The notes: generated from the letters alone by a model not told the origin. Counted from the first letter of the stretch, positions 1 through 9,659 are shown. The stretch is DNA of 34,557 nucleotides from Verrucomicrobiia bacterium (GCA_025061935.1 JANWZY010000001.1:1-34557); one strand, 5' to 3'. Made by a program: numbers and translations.

Positions 1-45
1 GGGGCCTGCGAGATCTGCGACCCGAGCCAGTCGATGTTTGTGCAA

Positions 46-765
46 TTACCGGAGCGATTCCAGTACTTTCAGTGCGGCGGCGCGCGGGTCGGGTGCGGCA
101 TAAATCGGGCGGCCGATTACGAGCCAATCCGCGCCGGCTTCGATCGCCTCGCGTGGGGACAGCGTGCGCTTTTGGTCGTCCGGCGTGCCAGGGCCGAACC
201 GGATACCGGGTGTTACCAGCGTGATGCGGTCAGGCAATATTTGGCGCAGCCCCACAACTTCGAGTGGTGAACAGACCAGCCCCCGCAATCCCGCGGCCAT
301 AGCGAGCCGTGCCAGCCGCTCGACCTGCCGGCCCACGTTGGTATCGCAACCGATTTGACCCAACTCTTCCGTGCCGAGACTCGTGAGTACTGTTACACCC
401 AGCACCAGTGGTGCAGGGCGCCCTAGCTCAGCAGCGGTCTGTTGTGCAGCCGCTTCTGCGGCGCGCATCATTTCAAGTCCGCCACTTGTATGCACGGTCA
501 GCATTTGGACATCCAGCCGCGTGGCGGCTGCCACCGCCCGCGCGACAGTGTTCGGAATGTCGTGAAATTTCAGATCGAGGAAGACGGCTGCGCCCGTCGC
601 TCGTACCTTTTGGACAATATCTGGGCCTGCGAGAGTAAAAAGTTCGCTGCCGATTTTGAACCCGCCCACCGTGCCGGCCAGTTGCTCGACCAACGCAAGC
701 GCGTGCGCCGCCCCCGGAACGTCCAGGGCCACTATGATCGGGTTCCTCGTCTCGGAGTTGGCCAT
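46..765 (-). CDS. pyrF: orotidine 5'-phosphate decarboxylase
   Basis: 239-aa ORF with IIVALDV, FKIGSELF and FLDLKFHDIPNTV motifs typical of type-1 OMP decarboxylase. Stop TAA at 46-48. Confidence 0.9.
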   Translation of the reverse strand: MANSETRNPIIVALDVPGAAHALALVEQLAGTVGGFKIGSELFTLAGPDIVQKVRATGAAVFLDLKFHDIPNTVARAVAAATRLDVQMLTVHTSGGLEMMRAAEAAAQQTAAELGRPAPLVLGVTVLTSLGTEELGQIGCDTNVGRQVERLARLAMAAGLRGLVCSPLEVVGLRQILPDRITLVTPGIRFGPGTPDDQKRTLSPREAIEAGADWLVIGRPIYAAPDPRAAALKVLESLR

Positions 766-1022
766 TTTGTGCCTGAGTGTAGTGGGCCATCTCGTTCAGC
801 GCAAAATTAAAACCGCTGTTTTCGGTGCTGTCACGCCAGCGATAGTGCGGCTTGTGAACCTTGCTGTCCGCAATGTATTCCCAAACGGGCGTGGGCTGGT
901 TTCGTGGCCTTGGTTTTGTTTTGTGCCCGGCGCGGCATTCCGGAGCCAACCCGGAAAGGGCAAGGGTGACTCCGACGCCAGCTTTTGACAATGCACTTGC
1001 TCTAACCTACGTTTGGCGCGGC

Positions 1023-2348
1023 ATGAAACTGATACGGCAGACCGATCCGCAGTTCGATGAGCATGTGCGCGAGCTGTTGGCCCAGTCGAGCATGTTTGAT
1101 CCCGTAATCGAGGCGCGCGCAAGGGAAATCATTGATGCCGTCAGGGCGCGGGGTGACGCGGCACTAATCGAGTTTACCGAACAGTTCGACGGCGTCCGGC
1201 TGCGCCCGGACCAGTTGGCCGTGACGAAGCCGGAATTGGTCACTGCGTGCATCAAGGCTGACCGTGCCCTACGTGACGCTGTGGCAGATGCGGCCCGGAA
1301 CATTGCGGCCTACGCGCGGAGATCCCTCCGAAAAGACTGGGAAATGAAGAATGCCCACGGCGCGGTCGTAGGAGAAAAGTTCGACCCGTACCAGCGTGTC
1401 GGGATTTACGTGCCCGGTGGTACTGCGCCGCTGGTCTCGACGGCGCTTATGACAGTGTTGCTTGCAAAGGTCGCCGGGTGCCCGGAGATAGTCGTTTGTA
1501 CCCCCTGCAGTAAAGACGGCACGATTAATCCGGCACTGCTTTTCGCCATTCGCACCTCGGGCGCGACTGAGGTTTACCGCATTGGCGGCGCGCAGGCCAT
1601 AGCTGCCATGGCGTACGGCACGGAGACCATCCGCCCGGTCCAAAAAATTTTCGGCCCGGGCAATGCATATGTTGTGGCGGCGAAGCGGCTTGTCTTCGGC
1701 AAAGTTGCAGTTGATCTTTTGCCCGGCCCGAGCGAATTGCTTGTAATCGCTGACGATACAGCGCACCCGAAATACGTTGCCGCGGACATGCTCGCACAAG
1801 CCGAGCACGGGTCCGGGTCCGAACGAATCTGGCTTGTGACAACCTCGGCGCGATTGATTTCAGCGGTGCGCCTACAACTCATGCAGCAATTACAAAAGCT
1901 CAGCCGAAAAGAATTTATCCAACGTGTCCTCGACTCGAATACATGGCTGATTCATGTGCGAACTATAGGCGACGCGGTCAAGCTAGCGAACGAGATAGCT
2001 CCTGAACATTGCCAGGTAGTGGCTCGCAACGCGCAGGCGGTAGCCCGCCAGTTGCGCACAGCCGGTGCAGTCTTCATCGGGCCGTGGTCACCCACCGTGC
2101 TCGGCGACTACGTCGCCGGGCCGAGTCATACGCTTCCTACCGGCGGGGCAGGCGCGGCCTTCGGTGGACTCTCAGTTGACCAGTTCCAACGGCGCACAAG
2201 CATTATCCAGTACAGCCGCGCAGCGTTGCGCCGCGCACTTCCTACAGTGCAGAAGTTTGCAGAGCTTGAAGGCCTCCACGCGCACGGGATTTCTGCGCAG
2301 ATCCGGTGTTTGGGGCCAAAGAAACAAGTGCGGGCAGGACGAACTTGA
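1023..2348 (+). CDS. hisD: histidinol dehydrogenase
   Basis: ORF 861-2348. Start placed at ATG 1023 (MKLIRQTDPQF), because the upstream 54 codons look like a non-coding extension. GGTAPLVSTALM, PGPSELLVIAD, AQAEHG and HTLPTGGAGAAFGGLSV match HisD. Confidence 0.92.
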   Translation: MKLIRQTDPQFDEHVRELLAQSSMFDPVIEARAREIIDAVRARGDAALIEFTEQFDGVRLRPDQLAVTKPELVTACIKADRALRDAVADAARNIAAYARRSLRKDWEMKNAHGAVVGEKFDPYQRVGIYVPGGTAPLVSTALMTVLLAKVAGCPEIVVCTPCSKDGTINPALLFAIRTSGATEVYRIGGAQAIAAMAYGTETIRPVQKIFGPGNAYVVAAKRLVFGKVAVDLLPGPSELLVIADDTAHPKYVAADMLAQAEHGSGSERIWLVTTSARLISAVRLQLMQQLQKLSRKEFIQRVLDSNTWLIHVRTIGDAVKLANEIAPEHCQVVARNAQAVARQLRTAGAVFIGPWSPTVLGDYVAGPSHTLPTGGAGAAFGGLSVDQFQRRTSIIQYSRAALRRALPTVQKFAELEGLHAHGISAQIRCLGPKKQVRAGRT

Positions 2349-2494
2349 CGCACGCGCCTCCGATTGGAGCCCAGTTGGAACGCATAAACGGCGAGCTCGA
2401 TGTTGTTTATCCGCGCAGCGGCGATTCGAACCAATACGTCTTGCGCGGCACGCAAGTTTACCGGGCTAGCCGCTGGGTTCAACTTGTGGTTTGC

Positions 2495-3157
2495 TTAACT
2501 CCGAACCCGGCGTGGTGACCACGGACTAATCGTCCCAGAGCTTAAGCTGGCGTTGAGTCGGACGGCGCGAGACGCGTTCATCGCGGTGTCGCCATAGAAG
2601 GCCGGGTCGGTGCTGCCGCGTCCGCCGCGGGCCAGGTTTCTTATCGGGCCGTTGTTGGTCGGCGGCATCGGCAGCTTCGCGTGGAACCGGCCTGGCCCGG
2701 TCACGTTTGTCTCGCTCCATACGAGTTTTTTCATGGCCTGTTCGGGCTTGACCCATGCCCCGCTGGTCAGGCTCCACCCGGGCGAGCTGAAGATTGCTAT
2801 CTGAAGCCCGAGCCGTTGCGCTGCCTGTGCGGCGTGCTGGACCATCTGGTACCGTTTCCGGCGTGCCGTATTGGATTTTCTTGTCGGCGGTTTGGTCGCC
2901 TGGGACTGCGACATCGGCTAGTTGGAATCCGGCCAGGCCGATGTGTTCCATCCATTCGAGGTCCTTAGTGACGCCCTCTTTGGTCACGTTACCGCCCGTC
3001 CAGTGCCACCACGTGCGCGGTCTGGCCGCAAGCGGCGGATGGTTGAAGCCATTCAAGAGCGGGTCGTGTTGGGTTGTGCGCGCACCTTAAGCGGTGTCGG
3101 CGCGATCAGCGCAAACAATGTTGCGCCAACACCGACCGTGCGGAAAGCGACGCTCAT
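2495..3157 (-). pseudogene. frameshifted, truncated remnant of a large secreted glycoside hydrolase (N-terminal region only)
   Basis: Three consecutive minus-strand frames carry pieces of one protein. 3157-3053: signal-peptide-like MSVAFRTVGVGATLFALIAPTPLKVRAQ. 3056 to about 2856: NHPPLAARPRTWWHWTGGNVTKEGVTKDLEWMEHIGLAGFQLADV...IQYGTPE. About 2851-2495: YQMVQHAAQAAQRLGLQIAIFSSPGWSLTSGAWVKPEQAMKKLVWSETNVTGPG. From memory, the PR.WW.W..GN.TKEG...DLE.M and GWS..GG.WV.PE.AMKKLVWSE pattern belongs to the N-terminus of roughly 1000-aa GH106-like (rhamnosidase-type) hydrolases. Only about 220 codons remain before hisD. Confidence 0.5.
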
Positions 3158-3462
3158 GCTGCGAACATACTCTGCGTTGGTGCGTGCTGGAACTCGGAAT
3201 TCGGTCTTTTGCTGGCGGTTCGGTCCACGAAGGCAGTGCTGTGCCTGTGGTTTTAGCGAGGCGTCAGTGAGCCGTTGCGGGTCGAAGCGGGTCCCAGGAG
3301 TGGTTGAATCTTGCCATATATGTTGCGAATGGCCATGCGGCGGGTGAACAGGGTGTTTCGCGCGACAGTGGTGCGTGACGGCGACCCGACCTTTGACAGC
3401 ACATCTTTCCTGTTGATGCACGTAATGATTTCGGATTGAATGGAGCCGAACAACTGTTCGCC

Positions 3463-4614
3463 ATGCAGAACTTTGTATATCACAACCCGACGAAACTGGT
3501 GTTTGGCAAAGGTACAATCGCGCAGTTGAGCGATCTGGTCCCGACTGGATTGAAAGTGCTGATGACATACGGGGGTGGCTCGATCAAGCGTAACGGCGTG
3601 TACGATCAGGTCAAGGCGGCGCTTAAAGGCCGGGATCTGATCGAATTCGGCGGGATCGAGCCGAACCCACGGTACGAGACGCTGATGAAAGCCGTCGAGG
3701 TGTGCCGACGCGAAAAGGTCGAGTTTCTGCTCGCCGTTGGTGGCGGCTCCGTGCTCGACGGGACAAAGTTCATCGCAGTCGCAGCATTTTATGAGGCGGG
3801 CGACCCGTGGGATATACTTGCAAAAAATGCAAAGCCGACACGTGCGCTCCCGATCGGGTGTGTGCTGACGTTGCCGGCTACCGGGTCGGAGTCGAATCCG
3901 ATCGCGGTCATTTCGCGTGAGGCGACGCGGGAGAAGTTGGCATTCTCGACCCCGCTGGTGTACCCGACGTTTTCGATAATTGATCCTGAGACGCATTACT
4001 CGCTGCCGCGGCGCCAGGTTCAAAATGGAATTGCCGATGCGTTCGTGCACGTGATGGAGCAATATTTGACGTATCCCGCAGACGCGCCCGTGCAGGACCG
4101 ACTTGCAGAAGGCATAGCGCGGACGCTCATCGAATACGGGCCGAAAGTGCTCCGTCAACCGCGCAATTACAATGCGCGTGCTGCCATCGCACTGTGCAGT
4201 ACACTGGCCCTGAACGGGTTGATCGGCTGTGGTGTGCCTCAAGATTGGACTACGCACCTGATAGGTCACGAATTGACCGCATTCTATGGACTTGATCATG
4301 CTCAAACGCTGGTGATTCTGCTGCCGGCGGTGTGGCGGCACCAAAAACGGGCCAAGCGTAAAAAACTTGAGCAGTACGCCGAGCGCGTTTGGGAGGTCAA
4401 ACGTGCCAAGGATAAGGCTGAGGCCGCGATTCGTAAAACCGAGGAGTTTTTTAGGACCGGCCTGGGGATGAAGACGCGTCTTAGCGAGTGCGGCGTCGGC
4501 ACGGAGCGGTTCGAAGAAATCGCCGCACGGATCGAGGCGCGCGGGCTTAGGCTTGGTGAGCATAAGTCAATTGGCCGAAAGGAGATCGTCGAAATTCTTA
4601 AGCTGAGCCTTTAA
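3463..4614 (+). CDS. iron-containing (group III) alcohol dehydrogenase, YqhD/butanol dehydrogenase-like
   Basis: ORF 3436-4614; start likely ATG 3463 (MQNFVYHNPTKLVFGKG). Has the GGGS glycine motifs (YGGGSIKRNG, GGGSVLDGTKF) and the His-rich metal site THLIGHELTAFYGLDHAQT. Confidence 0.9.
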   Translation: MQNFVYHNPTKLVFGKGTIAQLSDLVPTGLKVLMTYGGGSIKRNGVYDQVKAALKGRDLIEFGGIEPNPRYETLMKAVEVCRREKVEFLLAVGGGSVLDGTKFIAVAAFYEAGDPWDILAKNAKPTRALPIGCVLTLPATGSESNPIAVISREATREKLAFSTPLVYPTFSIIDPETHYSLPRRQVQNGIADAFVHVMEQYLTYPADAPVQDRLAEGIARTLIEYGPKVLRQPRNYNARAAIALCSTLALNGLIGCGVPQDWTTHLIGHELTAFYGLDHAQTLVILLPAVWRHQKRAKRKKLEQYAERVWEVKRAKDKAEAAIRKTEEFFRTGLGMKTRLSECGVGTERFEEIAARIEARGLRLGEHKSIGRKEIVEILKLSL

Positions 4615-4790
4615 GGCTATGCCGCGAAGCGGGCGCCGATTATGCCCGCGCCGCTGGTGCGCCCAGAATAATTCCCAGCGGGGTCATGTAAGTCGGGCTT
4701 GAATAATGCTCAGTCGGCGAGCATTTTCAATTGAGGCCGCCGGGCTCGGTTACAGTCCCGGCGCAAGAGTTCAAATTGGGAACGGAGACG

Positions 4791-6602
4791 ATGGAAAATA
4801 AGCCGAATCCAGAGCTGGACCTCGACCTGGATCTGAGCAAGCTGTTTTTACCCGCCTGGGTGAACCAGGCGCCGGCCCGCGACCGTTTTGCCAAATTTGA
4901 AGGCGAGGAAGAGTCGGGCAAGAAGCCCGGCCGGCGCGCGCGGCAGCAGCGGAAACGGCCCGCGCAACTTAAGAGGACGGCTGCGCCTGCGCCTGAATTG
5001 AAACCGCCTAAGGTCAAGCCGTCCGAGCCGAAGCCCGAGGCGGCCCCGGCACCACTGCCCGAGGTGGACGTCGAGTTTGTCCCAGATGAGAAGTGCGTCG
5101 AATCAATTGTACGGCAGATCAAGATCACCGGGCGCGCGTACCCGCTGTTCGAAATAGCGAAGCTGGTATTGCAGCGGCCCGAACGCCACACTGTGACTTT
5201 CACCTCGCGTAAATCACCGGACGGCCAACTGCTCCAACCGTTGTATGTTTGCGCGCTGGACGACACGCTATGGCTCTCACAAGATGAGGTTGCCGCCTAT
5301 GTGTTGGATACCCATTTCGGGCTGTTTTATCAGACCGAGCGCGTGCCGACCGAACCGCCGAAGGGTAAGTACACTTTCGTCGCGCAGTGCGGGTTGAGCG
5401 GGGTGATACTAGGACCACCGAACCATCACGATTACCAGTCCAAACTGGTGCGGTTGCATCAGGAGCGGTTCTCGAACATTCCGTTCGAGGTGTTCAAGTC
5501 GCACGTGAAGATCGTGCGGGACGAGGCGGTGGTTAAGAAGTGGATTGAGGAGCAGAGCTGGAAAACGCAGTACGTATGCCTGAACGTGCCCGAGCCATTG
5601 CGGCTCGAGACGCGGCAAGACGTCGAAACGCACTTCCGAATGGTGCATTTGCCAGGATTAGTCAGGCAGGTCGAGTCATACACGCTTAGTGGAGCGGCGG
5701 CGCGGCGGCTCAAGTGCAAGGGGCTCCGCAGAGTGTTCCATCGCACTTACGAGCATCAGCGCCGGTTCCCGCTTCAAATGGCGACTGCGCTGAGCCAACG
5801 GTTCGCCGCAGCAGGGTTACAGTTCTTCAAAGTAAACCGTACCATTACGCATGTGTCTGTGGCGCGGCCGCGCTACCTCGATCTCGAAACGACGCCGGTG
5901 TCCGAAAGCGTCCGGCGCATCGTGCAGTACATCAACGAGCATCCCAGATGCACTCGGCGCGAATTGATCGAGGCGCTGGCACCGACGCCGGCTACTCGGC
6001 TCCAGGCTTCGCCAGAGGCCGGCCAACAGGATCAGGCCGGCGCTGCCACCAAGTCGGAGCCCGTGCCCGAGCACACGCCGGAACAACTGGCTGTAATTGC
6101 AGACCTCCATTGGCTTGTACACCAGGGCCACGTGATCGAATTTGCAGACGGCAGGCTTGAGACCGCCAAAAAACCTGCGCCGAAACCGCCGAAGCAAAAG
6201 CTGCAACCCGCCCCTGAACAATCGGAGCAGGTCGAGTCGGCTCAGGCCACGGTTGAACAAGGAACGGCTGATGCAGGCGGGCCCGGTCCGGTTGAATCTG
6301 CCGAGGCCAGTCCACATGAGCTGGTCGAGTCTGAGTTCGAGCCGGCGGCACAGCTTGAGTCTGAGGGCCTTACTCCACCCGGCTTTTCCGAAGGCGGTGC
6401 TATAGCCGAGGAGACTTTGGCAGATGAGGCGCCTCGGCTCGATGTCGAATCCGCGTCCCAAGACGAGTTCGAGCTTGAAGACGCGCCGGAGCCGGCTCCA
6501 GCCGGTGCAACACCAATGGCAGAGGAAGACCAGGCGCCGCGCACACCGCAAACCCAGGACGGCCCACCTGGGAGCCCCCCGGGCGCGTCGGGGCAGTCCT
6601 GA
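4791..6602 (+). CDS. hypothetical protein with basic N-terminal tail, unassigned core of about 400 aa and acidic low-complexity C-terminal tail
   Basis: Long ORF 4731-6602. ATG 4791 is preceded by GGAGACG. The core has non-repetitive, protein-like composition (IVRQIKITGRAYPLFEIAKLVL ... DLHWLVHQGHVIEFADGRLE). I recognise no domain. Confidence 0.75.
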   Translation: MENKPNPELDLDLDLSKLFLPAWVNQAPARDRFAKFEGEEESGKKPGRRARQQRKRPAQLKRTAAPAPELKPPKVKPSEPKPEAAPAPLPEVDVEFVPDEKCVESIVRQIKITGRAYPLFEIAKLVLQRPERHTVTFTSRKSPDGQLLQPLYVCALDDTLWLSQDEVAAYVLDTHFGLFYQTERVPTEPPKGKYTFVAQCGLSGVILGPPNHHDYQSKLVRLHQERFSNIPFEVFKSHVKIVRDEAVVKKWIEEQSWKTQYVCLNVPEPLRLETRQDVETHFRMVHLPGLVRQVESYTLSGAAARRLKCKGLRRVFHRTYEHQRRFPLQMATALSQRFAAAGLQFFKVNRTITHVSVARPRYLDLETTPVSESVRRIVQYINEHPRCTRRELIEALAPTPATRLQASPEAGQQDQAGAATKSEPVPEHTPEQLAVIADLHWLVHQGHVIEFADGRLETAKKPAPKPPKQKLQPAPEQSEQVESAQATVEQGTADAGGPGPVESAEASPHELVESEFEPAAQLESEGLTPPGFSEGGAIAEETLADEAPRLDVESASQDEFELEDAPEPAPAGATPMAEEDQAPRTPQTQDGPPGSPPGASGQS

Positions 6603-6903
6603 TGCACGGTTTGGATAGTGCGCGGCGGACATTAGCCTCGGGGTGGTGCCTGAATAGGCTGGCTGCGAAACTGCGCAGCAGATAGTTCGGGCACGCGTTC
6701 GTAATCTTTGAACTTACGAGCAGTTTCGTGACAGATTCCATGGACCAGGCCGAGCCTGCATTGATGCCTGGGGCGGCGCCACGCACGGATTGTAATGAAG
6801 TTAATTTTCCGGTACGTCAGTTTTGTTGTGCCGGGCTTACTGTTTTTTGGCTTGTGGAGCTGGGCGAAACCGGGTTGTTTATGGAAAAGGTCGAGAAGAC
6901 GAT

Positions 6904-7995
6904 GTGAGTGGTCTGTGTTCGCAAAATGCACCGGCAATTGACTGGCGGGCAAGTGCCCGGCGCACGGCAGGTTTAATAGCGCTTTGCTTGGGCTTCGGGC
7001 TTGTCTGTGGGGTATCAGCCGGGGATCGCGTCGTGGTGCGTGTCGGTCATTTCCCGAATCTGACCCACGCGCAGGCTGTCATTGGCCACGCACTGACGCG
7101 GCAAGGCCGTGGGTGGTTCGAGGAGCGGCTCGGCACAAACGTGCAGGTGCAATGGTACGTTTACAATGCTGGCCCGAGCGCGATGGAGGCCATTTTCGCG
7201 GGGTCGCTCGATTTGACCTACGTAGGGCCTAACCCTGCGATAAATGCGTATTTACGGTCCGAGGGCAAAGAGGTGCGGATTGTTGCCGGCGTATGCAGTG
7301 GTGGCGCTGCGCTTGTGGTGCAGCCGGATGGCCGCATCCGGACCGATTCGGATTTCCGTGGCAAACGTGTCGGCACGCCACAGCTAGGTAATACGCAGGA
7401 CGTGGCGGCGCGCGCATGGCTGCTGAGCAAGGGTCACCGGGTAACTTTGACAGGGGGCGACGTGTTGGTCGTGCCCACGCCGAATCCGGACCAGTTGGCC
7501 CTGTTCCGGAAAGGCGCGCTTGACGCTGTGTGGACCGTCGAGCCGTGGGTGAGCCGGCTCGTGCTCGAAGCTGGGGGTGAAGTGTACTTGGAAGAGAAAA
7601 CGCTTTGGAGCCAGACGGGTGGGCGATACGTCACGACGCACCTGGTCAGCAGCGTGCGGTTTCTCGATCGTCATCCCGATTTAGTGAAAAAATGGGTCGC
7701 TGCGCACGTCGAGCTGACCCAATGGATTAAAGCCAACCCTGCTGAGGCAAAGAAGCTGCTCAATGATGAGTTGAAGGCGGAAACAGGTCGCGGCCTGGCT
7801 GCAGAAGTGCTCGAGCGCGCGTGGGACAAGATCGAGTTGACGTGGGATCCGGTGCCCGAGTCATTGGCCAAGTCTGCCGAGGACGCGTACCGGATCGGGT
7901 TTCTGAAGGTCAGGCCCGAGCTGGCAGGCATTTATGAGTTGCGGTTCCTGAATGAAGTGTTGGCAGAGAAAAATTTGCCTCGCCTGAGTCAATGA
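6904..7995 (+). CDS. ABC transporter substrate-binding protein, NMT1/SsuA/NrtA-like (NitT/TauT family)
   Basis: ORF 6823-7995. VRVGHFPNLTHAQAVIG...YNAGPSAMEAIFAGSLDLTYVGPNPAINAY is typical of SsuA/TauA/NrtA-type binding proteins. The N-terminus carries a twin-arginine-like ASARRTAGLIALCLGF signal. Start uncertain: GTG 6904 preferred, TTG 6823 possible. Confidence 0.85.
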   Translation: MSGLCSQNAPAIDWRASARRTAGLIALCLGFGLVCGVSAGDRVVVRVGHFPNLTHAQAVIGHALTRQGRGWFEERLGTNVQVQWYVYNAGPSAMEAIFAGSLDLTYVGPNPAINAYLRSEGKEVRIVAGVCSGGAALVVQPDGRIRTDSDFRGKRVGTPQLGNTQDVAARAWLLSKGHRVTLTGGDVLVVPTPNPDQLALFRKGALDAVWTVEPWVSRLVLEAGGEVYLEEKTLWSQTGGRYVTTHLVSSVRFLDRHPDLVKKWVAAHVELTQWIKANPAEAKKLLNDELKAETGRGLAAEVLERAWDKIELTWDPVPESLAKSAEDAYRIGFLKVRPELAGIYELRFLNEVLAEKNLPRLSQ

Positions 7996-8807
7996 TCGGC
8001 CCGGGCCAAACAGCGGTTGCTGCGCCGGTGAAGCTGGCAATTGAGGGCGTGTCGAAGACGTTCCACACGCGTCATGGCAGCGTCCATGCCCTCGAAAACG
8101 TTAACCTTCAAATTCGCGAAGGCGAATTTGTGTGCGTGGTCGGGCCGAGCGGCTGCGGCAAAACCACGTTGCTGAACATCATTGCGGGGCTTGAGACACC
8201 GGATACCGGGCGCGTACTTGCTGACGGTAAGCCAGTGACCGGTGCCGGCAGTGACAGGTTGGTGCTGTTTCAGGAGCCGGCACTGTTCCCTTGGCTCGAT
8301 GTGATGGGCAACGTGTTATTCGGGCTGAAGCTCAAGCCGAACTTGACGGCCAAGGAGCGGCGCGAGGTCGCCGAGTTCTACCTGCGGCTCGTCGGGTTGG
8401 AGAAATTTATGCACGCAAACATCCATGAGCTTTCGGGGGGCATGAAACAGCGTGTCGCGCTTGCGCGCGCATTGGCGCCGAACCCACGCGTGTTGCTCAT
8501 GGACGAACCGTTCGGCTCGCTGGACGCGCTGACGCGCGAGCAGTTGTATGGCGATCTGCAGGCGATCTGGCAGAAGCGCCCAAAGACGATTGTGTTTGTC
8601 ACGCACAACGTGCGCGAGGCGGCGTGCTTGGGCGACCGTGTCGTGCTGTTGAGCGCGCGGCCCGGACGCGTGCGCGGGCAGTTCCACATCCCGCTGCCGC
8701 GGCCGCGCGATATCAACAGCGTCGAGGTGGCAAGACATTCTGCCGAGATAATTCATGCACTGAAGCCGCATTTGACCCCCGACACTGAAGCTGTTGCTGG
8801 GGAATGA
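7992..8807 (+). CDS. ABC transporter ATP-binding protein (NitT/TauT family)
   Basis: Walker A GPSGCGKTT, signature LSGGMKQRVALARAL, Walker B VLLMDEPFGSLD. ATGA overlap with the upstream stop. Confidence 0.93.
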   Translation: MIGPGQTAVAAPVKLAIEGVSKTFHTRHGSVHALENVNLQIREGEFVCVVGPSGCGKTTLLNIIAGLETPDTGRVLADGKPVTGAGSDRLVLFQEPALFPWLDVMGNVLFGLKLKPNLTAKERREVAEFYLRLVGLEKFMHANIHELSGGMKQRVALARALAPNPRVLLMDEPFGSLDALTREQLYGDLQAIWQKRPKTIVFVTHNVREAACLGDRVVLLSARPGRVRGQFHIPLPRPRDINSVEVARHSAEIIHALKPHLTPDTEAVAGE

Positions 8808-9571
8808 AGCGTTGGTTGCCGCCAATTCTGTTTTTTGCGGCGCTAGCTGGCGCCTGGGAGTGGCTTGTGCGCCAAGGCGTGTGGCCGCGCGCTATAGTGC
8901 CCGCGCCGTCGGAAGTGGTGCGGTACCTAGTGACCGCTGTGGCCGATGGGACGCTGCTCGGCGCGACCGGAGTCACACTAAGGCGACTTGTGCTCGGGTA
9001 TTTAATCGGGTTCGGATTCGGTTTGCCTGCCGGTGTGCTGATCGCGAGGTTCAGGTTTTTCAGGCACACCCTAGGATTGCTCGCGCTGGGGCTCCAATCC
9101 CTGCCGAGCATATGTTGGGCACCGCTTGCTCTGCTGTGGTTTGGCCAGACCGAGACGGCCATGGCGTTCATAGTCGTCATGGGTTGTGTCTGGTCTATTA
9201 CACTTGCGACTGATGCCGGGGTGAGGCACGTGCCGCCAATCTACCGATGGGCGGCAATGACAATGGGCTCGCGCGGGTTGCATTTGTGGGTGCATGTAAT
9301 ATTGCCCGCCGCGCTGCCGTTCATTCTCAGCGGGATGAAACAGGGTTGGGCGTTCGCGTGGCGCTCCCTAATGGCAGCCGAGATTTACGTAGCCATTCTG
9401 ACAGGTTTCGGTCTCGGGCATTTGTTGCACTACGGGCGCGAGTTGCATGCCATGGACGCTGTACTGGGCATCATGCTGGTCATAATTCTGGTGGGGCTGG
9501 CCACAGACAAACTGCTTTTTGCGCCGCTTGAGCGGTTTATTCACATGCGTTGGGGTACCGAGCGGGCCTGA
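8804..9571 (+). CDS. ABC transporter permease (NitT/TauT family)
   Basis: 255-aa multi-TM protein in the style of a BPD-transporter inner-membrane component. ATGA overlap with the ATPase gene. Confidence 0.9.
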   Translation: MKRWLPPILFFAALAGAWEWLVRQGVWPRAIVPAPSEVVRYLVTAVADGTLLGATGVTLRRLVLGYLIGFGFGLPAGVLIARFRFFRHTLGLLALGLQSLPSICWAPLALLWFGQTETAMAFIVVMGCVWSITLATDAGVRHVPPIYRWAAMTMGSRGLHLWVHVILPAALPFILSGMKQGWAFAWRSLMAAEIYVAILTGFGLGHLLHYGRELHAMDAVLGIMLVIILVGLATDKLLFAPLERFIHMRWGTERA

Positions 9572-9659
9572 GCTCTTGTGCGTCCCGTGCGCCGCGGCTG
9601 TGGCCGGACGACGGGGTTCTCGCCAGCGCGGGAGTGTAAGCGCGGCGCCGTCGCGAGGG

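Noticed and set aside
861-1022. N-terminal extension of hisD, and a possible promoter TTGACA(985-990)-17-TACGTT
   Set aside because: The extension has no HisD homology. The promoter-like match has a weak -10 element and would give an almost leaderless hisD, which is too speculative to list as a feature.
3253-4563. 436-aa ORF on the minus strand
   Set aside because: It lies entirely antisense to the well-supported alcohol dehydrogenase gene. Its Arg/Leu/Pro-rich composition is typical of antisense frames in GC-rich DNA, and it has no recognisable motifs.
4705-4727. Hairpin AATGCTC-agtcggc-GAGCATT followed by TT, as a terminator for the alcohol dehydrogenase gene. Similar weak hairpins occur at 20155-20184 after miaB and at about 27231-27247 after pal.
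   Set aside because: The stems are only 6-7 bp. They are either AT-rich or lack a proper U-tract, so they are not strong enough to annotate as intrinsic terminators.
5817-6632. 271-aa minus-strand ORF, plus several 100-150-aa ORFs inside 4791-6602
   Set aside because: They are antisense or off-frame to the long plus-strand ORF. Composition is dominated by Arg/Leu/Gly, and no start context or motifs are present.
6632-6952. 106-aa minus-strand ORF, and a possible TPP-type riboswitch upstream of the NMT1-like binding protein (GGGGTGGTGCCTGAATAGG...)
   Set aside because: The ORF overlaps the binding-protein 5' region and lacks motifs. The RNA lacks the invariant CUGAGA and ACCUGAUCUGGAUAAUGCCAGCG-like cores of the THI element.
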